Part shown: positions 32,500-41,801 of the stretch, in pieces
Layout of the letters: every line of letters begins with the position of its first letter
How positions within the stretch are numbered: the stretch's first letter is position 1
Assembly: GCA_963674735.2 (NCBI GenBank)
Contig: CAXXQS010000001.1
Coordinates: 704,001 to 768,000 of the forward strand
Source of the DNA: Myxococcota bacterium
GTDB taxonomy: Bacteria > Myxococcota_A > SURF-8
Length of the DNA: 64,000 nucleotides
Direction of reading: 5' to 3'
The notes under the pieces: model-generated
Seen by the model: the letters and a program-made list of their open reading frames with translations, nothing else
Database searches by the model: none
What the model was told of the DNA's origin: nothing
Position numbers and translations under genes: made by a program

Positions 32500-35400
32500 G
32501 TGAATCGGACCGCCGCCAACCTACACCCCCAACTCTCCCGCCCTCTACGCCAGTTGAAGATAGGCCTGCGCCGGAGTTTGTGCCGCTCAACCCCGAAGGC
32601 CTTTCCGATGCCGATTTGAGTGCGCAAGTCGAACCGACGGATCTGGGCCTGCGTGAAAGTGGACCGCAAGAGTCACCGGAAGGTTTGGCGGCTGAGCGTG
32701 TTGAGCTGGCCGACCCGCTTGATTGGTCCGAAAAGAGAACGGAACCTGCGGAGACCTTGGCGGATGAACCAACTGGTATTTTGGATGTGGAGATGCCTGT
32801 GCTCCACGCGAGTCAAGCCGATGCAACTGACTCTGAGGTAAAAAGGCGCAAAAAAATCAAACCGGTTTCATCCGCAGTGAAATTCACCGCCGATGGACCT
32901 TCCCATTTCTGGCAGCGTGCTACCCAACTGTTGTTTCTGATTTATGTGTTTCTGTGCTTGGCCAACATTGCCGATGCTTTTCTCTGGCATCACAAGGGCT
33001 GGAACTGTGCTCGCCGAAGCGTGCAGGCGCTCAATTATTTAAAGTACGGCTATGTCGAAACGGGCTTACGTACCTACGATAATCCCGGAGAGACACGCGG
33101 CAAGGATGGATTGCCCGAAAAGCCGGATCTCTATTGGCACCATCCGCCCGGAAGTCAGGTGTATCTGTCGGCCTGGTACGGATTGCTCGGGAAGGGAGAG
33201 TTCCAGGCTCGTCTGGCCTTTGTCCTGTTGTCATGCGCCGCATTTCTGATGTTCTGGGGGGCGTTTCGTCGTGCATCCGGTGACCGGACCGCCTTTCTTG
33301 TGCTTTTTTTCTGGACGTTTATGCCGATCATGGCTACGTACGTCAATTTGGTGAATTTTGAGACTATGGTCTTTTTCGCCATGGCCTGTGTTCTCTATGG
33401 CTGGGAGCGTTGGCGTGAAGCGAAAGGCTGGCGTTGGATCGGGTTGATGGGTCTGGGTGTGTTGACGGGAGTGTTCACCGATTGGCCGGCTTTGCCTTTT
33501 TTCTTTTTCTTCTTCCTTTACATGTTGACTCAACTCAATCTGGAGCGTGACCGTCTTCCCGGCTTTTTCCGACGCAATGGAATTGCTATTTTCTTTGCTC
33601 TGGTCGTGCTTGCCTGCACCGCCTTGATGGTCTGGTTGATGTTCAACTGGAAAGAATCGGTCGATGCTTGGATCAGCACATACAATAGCCGGGCGCGTGT
33701 CGGCAATGAAGGGTTTTTGAAGGTTCTGAAGAAATGGGATGGGTACCTTGATTTCTTTACGCCGGTACCCTATGTCCTGGCCGCCTTTTACTTGCTGGAC
33801 GTGGTTCCGCGCGTGATTACAAGAACCTTGACGCGTCTCGACGGTTATTTTCTTGTTTTTCTCGGATCGGCGCTTGCGTATCTCGGACCGTTGAAGCAAG
33901 CCTTGATGCATCACGAGTATGGGGCGTTGTATTTCGTGCCGATTCTTGCGATTGTCTCCGGGGTGAGCCTCCATAACATGAGTTTGCTGCTAGGCCGTCG
34001 TCATAAAGTTGCGGTGAATCTCCTGCTGCTTTTGGCGCTGGTGCCGACCTTGGTTTGCGCGATACCCAAGATTCATGCCAAGCATTGCTCGCCGATGTTC
34101 GAGTACACCGAGCCGCTGATGTTCAACCGCAACAGCGAGCAGTATGAATTCCGTTATTATTACAAAGCGCTAGGTCCGATGGTGCAGGCGCTTGTGAAGC
34201 CGGATGAATGGATGGTGTTGAGCAAAATTCCGCATCACCCGGCCAAGTGGTTCTATCTCGACCGTGCCAACAAAAGTTCCAGCGATCTCAAGAAATTACC
34301 TGGTTTGATCGCCGATAAGAAGTACAAGGCTTTTCTGACCTATGTTCACAAGATCCGCATCCGTTTTTTAGGTCCGCTTCTCAAGCAAAATGCGCATATC
34401 CGCTACCGAGATTTTGCCCTTTTCGACCTTACCGGCGAGCGTTTGGAACATACCGAGGTGCGGGTACTCAAGCGCGAAGCACGCTCCGATCTTTTCCGTT
34501 ATTTCACCGGACATTCTCGTGGAAAGGTTGAAGTCGTTACCGATCATTGGCGTTCGCTGGATTATGCACTCAAGCTCGACCGTTCCAAGGATGCCTATTA
34601 CCATCGTCTGAAGACGATTGAAGGTGCGGAGGTTCCCGATCCGCTGCACAAGGCGATTGCGGAGTACAACTACGCGAAATCCAAAGGAGAGAAGCCCGAT
34701 ACGGATAGTGTCATGAAGGGGCTCGATACCCCGAAAAAACCGATCAAACTTCCCGGTGGAATCAAGCTGGTCGGTTATCGCCTTTTACGCGAACCGGACG
34801 GTGCTCAGCGAGTGACGTTGGTCTATAGCGCCAATAAAAAGCTGGATCAGAATTACTTTGCAACTTGGGAGGCGCGTCCGGAGACGGAAACCGAAGCATT
34901 CAAGGGTAAGTTCAAAACGCACAAACGGGAACAGCCGTTCGATGTGCCTTCATCGTTTTGGAAACCGGGTTGGCTTTACACGGCCGAATTCGACATGGGT
35001 GTCCCGTTCGAGCGTTGGAAGCTGACCACCGGTATGGAGTATTACGATAGCTTCAAAGTCGTGGATCCGAAAAATCATAAGGATGATTTCCAGCTTCATT
35101 GCGCAACCTTACCCCTCGGTGAAGCCGATCGTTTGGATGGATTGGCGAGCCGGATCAAGAACCAGGTGGATCGCGAAGCGCAACTCAATGCTCTTATGCA
35201 GAAGAGCGGTCTGAAGAAACCGACTCGAAAAATTTACAAAAAACTCGGTGACGATTTTACCGTCTTGGGCTGTTTAGCCGCTCAAACCGAGAAGGGGAAA
35301 GATTGGCAGGTGCGAATGGTGGTACGAACCGATCATCTGCCGCAAAGCGACTATACCTGGTCGTTCTACTCATCGGTGAGAAACGAAAAATGGGAACGGA

Positions 35401-35630
35401 AGGTCAAATACCCGGAAGATGGGCGTTTGACGATTCGAGGGGATCGTCGCATTTTGTCTTTCAATGTTTCCGGCAAATCTCGTCTCCCTGCGCGCGGAGT
35501 TCAGGTGAAGATTGCGGCACCCCGCGGCAAGAGCCAGAGGGCGGACCAGCGGCTTACGGTTGGCAACATGGGGACCATCCTGCCTTTGCATTGGCTTCTG
35601 CGTCTGGATGCGTATCGTCTGCAATTCTAA
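32496..35630 (+). CDS. Large ArnT/PMT-like (GT-C) glycosyltransferase with long extracytoplasmic C-terminus
   Basis: GTGA overlap start at 32496; YWHHPP, TDW motifs, about 11 TM helices; acidic disordered N-terminus. Confidence 0.7.
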   Translation: MSESDRRQPTPPTLPPSTPVEDRPAPEFVPLNPEGLSDADLSAQVEPTDLGLRESGPQESPEGLAAERVELADPLDWSEKRTEPAETLADEPTGILDVEMPVLHASQADATDSEVKRRKKIKPVSSAVKFTADGPSHFWQRATQLLFLIYVFLCLANIADAFLWHHKGWNCARRSVQALNYLKYGYVETGLRTYDNPGETRGKDGLPEKPDLYWHHPPGSQVYLSAWYGLLGKGEFQARLAFVLLSCAAFLMFWGAFRRASGDRTAFLVLFFWTFMPIMATYVNLVNFETMVFFAMACVLYGWERWREAKGWRWIGLMGLGVLTGVFTDWPALPFFFFFFLYMLTQLNLERDRLPGFFRRNGIAIFFALVVLACTALMVWLMFNWKESVDAWISTYNSRARVGNEGFLKVLKKWDGYLDFFTPVPYVLAAFYLLDVVPRVITRTLTRLDGYFLVFLGSALAYLGPLKQALMHHEYGALYFVPILAIVSGVSLHNMSLLLGRRHKVAVNLLLLLALVPTLVCAIPKIHAKHCSPMFEYTEPLMFNRNSEQYEFRYYYKALGPMVQALVKPDEWMVLSKIPHHPAKWFYLDRANKSSSDLKKLPGLIADKKYKAFLTYVHKIRIRFLGPLLKQNAHIRYRDFALFDLTGERLEHTEVRVLKREARSDLFRYFTGHSRGKVEVVTDHWRSLDYALKLDRSKDAYYHRLKTIEGAEVPDPLHKAIAEYNYAKSKGEKPDTDSVMKGLDTPKKPIKLPGGIKLVGYRLLREPDGAQRVTLVYSANKKLDQNYFATWEARPETETEAFKGKFKTHKREQPFDVPSSFWKPGWLYTAEFDMGVPFERWKLTTGMEYYDSFKVVDPKNHKDDFQLHCATLPLGEADRLDGLASRIKNQVDREAQLNALMQKSGLKKPTRKIYKKLGDDFTVLGCLAAQTEKGKDWQVRMVVRTDHLPQSDYTWSFYSSVRNEKWERKVKYPEDGRLTIRGDRRILSFNVSGKSRLPARGVQVKIAAPRGKSQRADQRLTVGNMGTILPLHWLLRLDAYRLQF

Positions 35631-35652
35631 AAAACCGGTAATCGTGATGTAA

Positions 35653-36699
35653 TCAGGGGGACTTGTGTGATCGCTCGTTCAGTCGTTGACGCGCGCGTTC
35701 GATGGCATGCCGGATGACTGTGTCGGTCGTTTGCGACTGGGCGATCGCCAGTGCGTCGAGAAGCTCTGTCCGTCCGCTGTTTCCGACTGCAATCGCCGCA
35801 TTTCGAAGGAATCCCGTCCATTTCGGACGCATGGCGGCGGTACCGGCGTAACGGGCAACAAAGTCGTTTTCGGGGCAGGTTAGGACCGTGGCGAGGTCGA
35901 TGTGGCGGGGAATTCGTTCAAGCAGAATATCGGGGTGCAGGCTTTCCCGGGCTTGTCGGTTGAAGGGACACACTTCCTGGCAGCCATCGCAGCCGAGCAC
36001 CCAATTTCCCATTCGATCCATAATCTCAGCGGGGATTTCACCCCGATTTTCAACGGTATGGAAGCTGATGCAGCGACGTGGGTCGATGCTATGGGTTGCG
36101 TGTAGCGCGCCTGTCGGACAAGCCTTTAAGCAGAGCGAACAATCGCCGCACTGTGATTCGAGCGGGCTGTCGACGGGCAAGGGCAGGGTGGTCAGGATCA
36201 CGCCGAGGAAAACGTAAGAGCCGTAGTCGGGATTGATCAGGCAGGCATTTTTTCCAACAAAGCCTAATCCGGCGGCCTGAGCCAACGCTCGTTCCATGAC
36301 CGGTCCATAATCGACGTAGGCCCGTTGTGTGCCGCCTTGAAGGGTCATCCAGGGTGTCAATTTCTTGAAAGCGCTCTCGAAAATCCGATGATAGTCACGT
36401 CCTGTTGCGTAACGGCTGATGCGTCCCGTTCGCCCGGCAACGGGACGAGAGGGGGTCGGGTGTTTGTAGGGCAGGCCCAAGACGAGGGCGGCCTGCGCGC
36501 CAAGCAAGATGCGGTCCGCTCCTTCGCTCCTATCGCGACGCGTTGCCAGATAGGGCATGTCGCTTCCAAAACCGGCGTCCAGCCATTCCTGGAAACGTGT
36601 GTAATGACGAGGGGCCGGAACGGGCGGAGCGACTCCGACGAGTGGGAAACCCAACGAGTGGACCAGACCGAACAGTTCGGTTTTTAGATCCGTGTTCAT
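35653..36699 (-). CDS. queG: Epoxyqueuosine reductase
   Basis: SRYATGRDYH, ERALA..AGLG, CGDCSLCLKACPTGA, CIS, GCDGCQEVCPFN. Confidence 0.95.
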   Translation of the reverse strand: MNTDLKTELFGLVHSLGFPLVGVAPPVPAPRHYTRFQEWLDAGFGSDMPYLATRRDRSEGADRILLGAQAALVLGLPYKHPTPSRPVAGRTGRISRYATGRDYHRIFESAFKKLTPWMTLQGGTQRAYVDYGPVMERALAQAAGLGFVGKNACLINPDYGSYVFLGVILTTLPLPVDSPLESQCGDCSLCLKACPTGALHATHSIDPRRCISFHTVENRGEIPAEIMDRMGNWVLGCDGCQEVCPFNRQARESLHPDILLERIPRHIDLATVLTCPENDFVARYAGTAAMRPKWTGFLRNAAIAVGNSGRTELLDALAIAQSQTTDTVIRHAIERARQRLNERSHKSP

Positions 36700-37742
36700 T
36701 TAGCCGAGACCTCGTCCAATATGCGGCGGATTGTGGCGGCGGCGTGTTGGATATCGGCTTCCGAAATGCCTGCATGCGTGACGAAACGGTATTCGCCGCC
36801 TTCGGGGGGATACGTGAGCACGCCTTCCGCTTGCAGGCGTGCGACGAAGTTGTCGTCGGATAGTTTGCCGGTCTGCAACTGTACGAAAACCATGTTGATT
36901 TCCACCGGGCGCGTCACTCGTGCGCCCGGTACAGCGCTGAGTGATTCGGCCAACAGGTGGGCGTGGCGATGATCGTCTTTCAAGCGTAAACGCATATCGT
37001 GGATGGCAAGACGTCCGGCAGCGGCCATGAAGCCAGCCTGACGCATACCGCCCCCCATGATCTTACGGTTTCGGCGAGCCTGGTCGATGAAGGAGCGGGT
37101 GCCGACCAGGATGGAACCAACCGGGGCGGCCAGCCCTTTCGAAAGACAAAAAGTGATAGAGTCGGCATAGTTGGCCATTTCGGCGGGATCGACGTCGAGA
37201 GCGGTGGCGGCGTTGAAAAAGCGCGCACCGTCGATATGGATGGGGACGTCGTGTTCATCCGCCAGAGAATGTAGGTCGGCAAGCGCCGACATGGGCATGA
37301 CGTTTCCCATGGCGGTGGCTTGTTCCAGGCATATCAACCCGGTGCGCGGGTAGTGGATATCGTCACCGCTACGCAGACGCGGAAAGATGTCGTCGGGTTT
37401 GAGATAACGACCGTTTTCCGGCAGTACGGATCGAAGCTGGACCCGTGAAATCAGAGCCGACGCTCCGGCTTCGTGCTGGACGATGTGGCTGCTTTCACTC
37501 AGGATCACTTCATTGCCCGAATGGGTATGAGTCAGGATCGCGCATTGGTTGCCGAAGGTGCCCGATGGGATGAACAGGGCGGCTTCTTTTCCCAGCAATT
37601 CTGCCGCTTCGTTTTCAAGTTTGTTGATAGTGGGGTCTTCACCCAGGACATCGTCGCCGACTTCACAAGAGAACATGGCTTCGCGCATGGCTTGGGTCGG
37701 CTGGGTGACCGTGTCGGATCGCAGGTCGATTGGGGTGGGCAT
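36696..37742 (-). CDS. ltaE: Low-specificity L-threonine aldolase
   Basis: IDLRSDTVT, HIDGAR, CLSKGLAAPVGS, GGGMRQAG; alternative start at 37772. Confidence 0.95.
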   Translation of the reverse strand: MPTPIDLRSDTVTQPTQAMREAMFSCEVGDDVLGEDPTINKLENEAAELLGKEAALFIPSGTFGNQCAILTHTHSGNEVILSESSHIVQHEAGASALISRVQLRSVLPENGRYLKPDDIFPRLRSGDDIHYPRTGLICLEQATAMGNVMPMSALADLHSLADEHDVPIHIDGARFFNAATALDVDPAEMANYADSITFCLSKGLAAPVGSILVGTRSFIDQARRNRKIMGGGMRQAGFMAAAGRLAIHDMRLRLKDDHRHAHLLAESLSAVPGARVTRPVEINMVFVQLQTGKLSDDNFVARLQAEGVLTYPPEGGEYRFVTHAGISEADIQHAAATIRRILDEVSAK

Positions 37743-37813
37743 CGGGACGCCTCGCAGTTCGGGGTTGAACATCGCGCGATTGTACCGATTTTCCCTTTAC
37801 TTGGCGAATTCTT

Positions 37814-38023
37814 TTAAACGGATGGAGGCTCGCCTTCAGAAGGCTTGGAAGCGGCTTTTTCATCTGCGCTCGGCTTTTCTTTGACAAGGACGGAATCGGG
37901 TTCGGGTGTCGGCACGCGACAGGAGTCCGACATTCAGGTATTGACGCCGAGACGCGGAAGTATCCAGCGGTTGAGAATGAACCACAGGGCGAAGAATCCG
38001 ATAATCCACAGACCATCTTTCAT
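37814..38023 (-). CDS. Small membrane-anchored protein with in-frame UGA, candidate selenoprotein (69 aa with readthrough, 29 aa without)
   Basis: AGGAGG RBS 9 nt before ATG; MKDGLWIIGFFALWFILNRWILPRLGVNT-TGA-MSDSCRVP...PSV-TAA; hairpin immediately after the UGA. Confidence 0.65.
37907..37932 (-). promoter_or_regulatory. Putative bacterial SECIS-like hairpin
   Basis: UGUCGG...CCGACA 6-bp stem starting 2 nt after the UGA, enclosing a GU-containing loop. Confidence 0.4.
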
Positions 38024-38126
38024 TTGGGCAGTCCTCCTTGATCAGGGGTCAGTAGTATGGCAAAAGTCGTGCCTGAAAACCATGACAATCGTCAGTGAGG
38101 GAAATTAAAAGGAGGTCGGAAAAGTA

Positions 38127-38155
38127 TTGACATCATCTTGTGCCCCGAATACCCT
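38127..38155 (+). promoter_or_regulatory. Sigma70-type promoter for serC
   Basis: TTGACA-17 nt-TACCCT. Confidence 0.5.
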
Positions 38156-38233
38156 CAGGCCCATTGGGAGCATGCGGGGCCGGATGTCGGCTTCCACATA
38201 GAGACGTGCTTAAGAACGAACGAGGAGAAGGCC

Positions 38234-39319
38234 ATGCCCGAACGGATTTATAATTTTGCCGCGGGACCCTGCACTTTGCCGCTTGAGGCACTCAAAAAGG
38301 CGCAGGCCGAATTCGTGAACTTCGAGAATGCCGGAATGTCGCTCTTTGAAATGAGCCATCGTGGTAAAATCTACGACAAGGTTCATATGGATTGCATGCA
38401 GTTGGTCCGCGATGTTTACGAGTTGCCCGAAACCCACAAGGTTCTGTTCATCGGCGGCGGCGCTACTTTGCAATTCACCATGATTCCGATGAATTTCCTC
38501 GCTCCCGGTTCCTTTGCTGAGTACATCAATACCGGAACGTGGGCGACCAAGGCTTACAACGATGCCAAACTGATTGGCGATGCGCGTGAAATCGCCACCG
38601 GTAAACCCAATGAATTCATGACGATCCCGAAGGATTTCAAGGTGGATCCGAAGGCCGCCTATCTACACCTCACGACCAATAACACCATTAAAGGGACCGA
38701 GCTGCACAAGTTGCCCGAGACGAACGGGGTGCCGATTTTTGCCGATATGAGTTCGGATTTCATGTCGCGGAAAGTAGACTGGAGCCGCATTGGATTGGCC
38801 TATGGCGGTATCCAGAAAAATCTCGGTCCTGCCGGTATGTCGCTGGTTATCATCCGCAACGATATCCTTGAGAAGGCGCGAACCGATATTCCGTCGTATT
38901 TGCGTTACGATTTGCATGCGAGTAAAGACAGCATGTACAACACACCGCCCATGTTCCAGATTTACATGATGAAGCTGGTTCTGGAGTGGGTGCGCGACAA
39001 CGGTGGCTTGGAGGGGATGGACAAGCGCGCCGATGAGCGTTCGAACATCGTTTACAAGGCCATTGACGATAATTCGACTTACTTCCGGTGCCCGGTCAAT
39101 CGTGAAGATCGCTCCCGTATGAACGTCTGTTTCCGCCTGCCGAGCGAGGAACTGGAAGCCAAGTTCGTCGCCGAAGCCTTGGCTGCCGGAATGAACGGAC
39201 TGAAGGGCCACCGAAGTGTCGGCGGCTGCCGGTCTTCATTGTACAATGCCATGCCGATCGAGGGAGCGGAAACCCTGGCTGCTTTCATGGTGGACTTCAT
39301 GAAAAAGAATCCTGCCTAA
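38234..39319 (+). CDS. serC: Phosphoserine aminotransferase
   Basis: NFAAGP, EMSHRG, GGATLQF, ADMSS, QKNLGPAG, YNTPP, GHRSVGG. Confidence 0.97.
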   Translation: MPERIYNFAAGPCTLPLEALKKAQAEFVNFENAGMSLFEMSHRGKIYDKVHMDCMQLVRDVYELPETHKVLFIGGGATLQFTMIPMNFLAPGSFAEYINTGTWATKAYNDAKLIGDAREIATGKPNEFMTIPKDFKVDPKAAYLHLTTNNTIKGTELHKLPETNGVPIFADMSSDFMSRKVDWSRIGLAYGGIQKNLGPAGMSLVIIRNDILEKARTDIPSYLRYDLHASKDSMYNTPPMFQIYMMKLVLEWVRDNGGLEGMDKRADERSNIVYKAIDDNSTYFRCPVNREDRSRMNVCFRLPSEELEAKFVAEALAAGMNGLKGHRSVGGCRSSLYNAMPIEGAETLAAFMVDFMKKNPA

Positions 39320-39342
39320 TCTTCCGATCTATAGCAACATCG

Positions 39343-39372
39343 AACGGCGGTCCTGTGTGGGACCGCCGTTTT
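39343..39372. terminator. Terminator between convergent genes
   Basis: aacggcggtcc...ggaccgccgtt stem followed by tt. Confidence 0.75.
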
Positions 39373-39396
39373 GGGTTTCATGCTAAGGAATGGGTG

Positions 39397-40407
39397 TTAT
39401 CCGCGATTCTGTTCGGCGATCATTTCGATAGCTTCTTCAATAGTTTCGCGCACATCGGGGTCGGGGTCCCCCAGACAATTTCGCAAGACTTCCTTGAAAC
39501 ACTCATCCCCTAAAAGACCGATTGCGTAGGCGGCATCTCCCCGTATTTGCGGCTGGTCGTTGCGCAATAGTTCGCATAGAGATGGCCCCATCAGGCAGGC
39601 GAGATCGTGATGGGTTACGGTAAGTTCTTCGACGATACGTAAAACAGACATGTGCAGGCTGATTTCCTGTTCCTGCAATAACTTGGGTAATGCGCGAATG
39701 GCATCGGGTTTTTCAATCAATGTGGGAAGCAAGTCTTCCAACGTTCCGTTGGTCAGTTGGGATTTCAACGTTGTGACCCATGGCTGGGGATCGGGACCCA
39801 AAACCGTGAGTAAATCCTCCAGCTTGGTTTGGCCCACCCAGCGAATTTGCTTGTCGATGACCAACGTCGGAGTGGAGCGAATGCCCAGTTCGGTCGCTCT
39901 TTTCATGAAGCGCGAGGCGTCGATGATCCATGTTGTGAGACCCTCGTTCAGTAGCGTGATGGCGTTCATGTAGGTAACCATCTGGGCGCAGTGAGGACAT
40001 TGGGGAGTAACATAAACCTCTGTTTCAAGCACGAGCTCTTTGAAGCGTGCCGCATATTGCTGGGTGTATTTCAACGTTTGGCATTCGATATCGGCAGCAG
40101 CCGCCAATGTGGCGATGAAGGGGGCCCATTCTCCATCCAGAGGGAGTGCCGCATAACGGACGCCTTCTCCATGAGGACCGGATAAGGCCAGGTAGGAGAG
40201 CTCGCTGTCGGAGACGATTTCGCTAATTTCGATAGCTGGGAAGTGCTCTTTAATTTCGCTAACAAAATCTTTCAGTTCCCTTCCCAATAGGTCGTCTGGG
40301 CTTGTTGCGGCGAGGGTTAACTGAATCCGGTTTTGATAATCTCCGATCGCCTGTCGCAACTCGTTGATTTGGTTGTCTGTCAACATGCCTATTTCTCTTG
40401 TTGTCAT
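39397..40407 (-). CDS. AhpF-NTD/thioredoxin-like protein fused to HEAT repeats
   Basis: VTPQCPHC and STP cis-Pro loop; C-terminal IRGDAAYAIG...DPDPDVRE HEAT repeats. Confidence 0.75.
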   Translation of the reverse strand: MTTREIGMLTDNQINELRQAIGDYQNRIQLTLAATSPDDLLGRELKDFVSEIKEHFPAIEISEIVSDSELSYLALSGPHGEGVRYAALPLDGEWAPFIATLAAAADIECQTLKYTQQYAARFKELVLETEVYVTPQCPHCAQMVTYMNAITLLNEGLTTWIIDASRFMKRATELGIRSTPTLVIDKQIRWVGQTKLEDLLTVLGPDPQPWVTTLKSQLTNGTLEDLLPTLIEKPDAIRALPKLLQEQEISLHMSVLRIVEELTVTHHDLACLMGPSLCELLRNDQPQIRGDAAYAIGLLGDECFKEVLRNCLGDPDPDVRETIEEAIEMIAEQNRG

Positions 40408-40535
40408 GATTATCCCGAAATGCTAACACACTCCTGTTTGCTAGTCAATGTACTGAAATTACATATAGAAACGGGCGGATTAGGAAGAAGCATTCATGCC
40501 TTACGCGTTTGGGTGATCGCGAAAACCGCGAATGA

Positions 40536-41801
40536 CTATTTCGTGAGGTGACGGTCGTTGGTTTGGATTACTTTTACCAGGGTTTCCCAAAATGCAGCGG
40601 TTCCCGAAGGAAGTTCGGTTCCATCGAAACAGATTGCGAACCGGCTCGAAAATACTCCTTCCGCGGAAGCATTTCGATGGCGGAGTTTCAGTCCGACAGT
40701 TTGTCCACGCTCGTTGTGAAAAGTCAAGCGAACCTGATCGCTGCTTTGTTCGATCTCCCCGAGCCACCATCCGGCGCGCGGTGTTTGGGTGGAGAAGGGG
40801 GCGACCAGCCTTTCCAATTCGTGTCTGGACAAAAACAAAGCCTCTGTTCGGAAAAACGTATCCCATCGTTTCGCGGTGACCGGCTTGAACTCGCTCCAGC
40901 CGAAGTGCTCGGCATAGAGGCTGGGTACGCCGAAACAAAATGCCTGGCAGGCGCAGGTTTGACAGGCCGGTTGTTTGGCGTAGTCGTGCATGGAGATCCA
41001 AGTGCTTGATCCTTTTTCACTTTGGCGCAAATCCAGCAGTTCGGTATATCCGAAAAGGGCGCGGGGTAATTGCACGAGGATACAATGGGGGAAAAGCTGG
41101 AAGGCGGTTCGAGCCGGGAGTTGCGCAAGATCCCATCGATTGACGTTTTCGACCAGCTTGTCATACCGCTCGACCAGTTCTTGAAAGCGCGGTTTGGCGG
41201 CACCGATGTATTTGAGACCGAGCATGACGACGGTATGCGGGGAAAATCCGCCGAGGAAACGGGCGATAGACTCAAGCTGTGGCGCGTTATAGTGGTTGAC
41301 CACGGTTTGGGTGAAGTAATCGATTTGTTCGCCTGCCTGTTTGGCCGATTGCAGATTGGCCAGCCCCTGGCGCACCCGTTGAAATCCGCCGGTTTTACCG
41401 CACAGGCGGTCGTGCAGAGCGTCTGTGTGTCCGTGGATGCTCAGTTCGACGGTTGTCATTCCGGCGTCGATCAAGCGGTCAAGATAGGCGCGGTCGGAGA
41501 GGGCGCGGCCGTTGGTTCCCACCGAGATACTTCGGGGATGGACTGTTTTCGCCAGGGCGATGAACTCGGCCAGCCGTGGGTTGGTGGTGGGCTCGAATCC
41601 GCCGAAACGGATCAGGCTACCGGGTTCGACGGTGGCAAGCCGTGCTTCAAGTTCGTCGGGTCGTCGGATTGCGATCTGCGCGGCGTTTAATCGGTTTTCG
41701 TGATCGGAGCAGAACAGGCAACGGTGCGGGCAACCGACGCCCACGGAGAATTCGACGACCGTTTTTTGCGGCGGCGGAGTGACGGGAAGTCGGGAACTCA
41801 T
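40536..41801 (-). CDS. Radical SAM protein with Cys-rich auxiliary region and unknown C-terminal domain
   Basis: CPHRCLFC, GGFEP, TNG, SIHG; CQTCACQAFCFGV...Y..HFGWSEFKP. Confidence 0.85.
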   Translation of the reverse strand: MSSRLPVTPPPQKTVVEFSVGVGCPHRCLFCSDHENRLNAAQIAIRRPDELEARLATVEPGSLIRFGGFEPTTNPRLAEFIALAKTVHPRSISVGTNGRALSDRAYLDRLIDAGMTTVELSIHGHTDALHDRLCGKTGGFQRVRQGLANLQSAKQAGEQIDYFTQTVVNHYNAPQLESIARFLGGFSPHTVVMLGLKYIGAAKPRFQELVERYDKLVENVNRWDLAQLPARTAFQLFPHCILVQLPRALFGYTELLDLRQSEKGSSTWISMHDYAKQPACQTCACQAFCFGVPSLYAEHFGWSEFKPVTAKRWDTFFRTEALFLSRHELERLVAPFSTQTPRAGWWLGEIEQSSDQVRLTFHNERGQTVGLKLRHRNASAEGVFSSRFAICFDGTELPSGTAAFWETLVKVIQTNDRHLTK

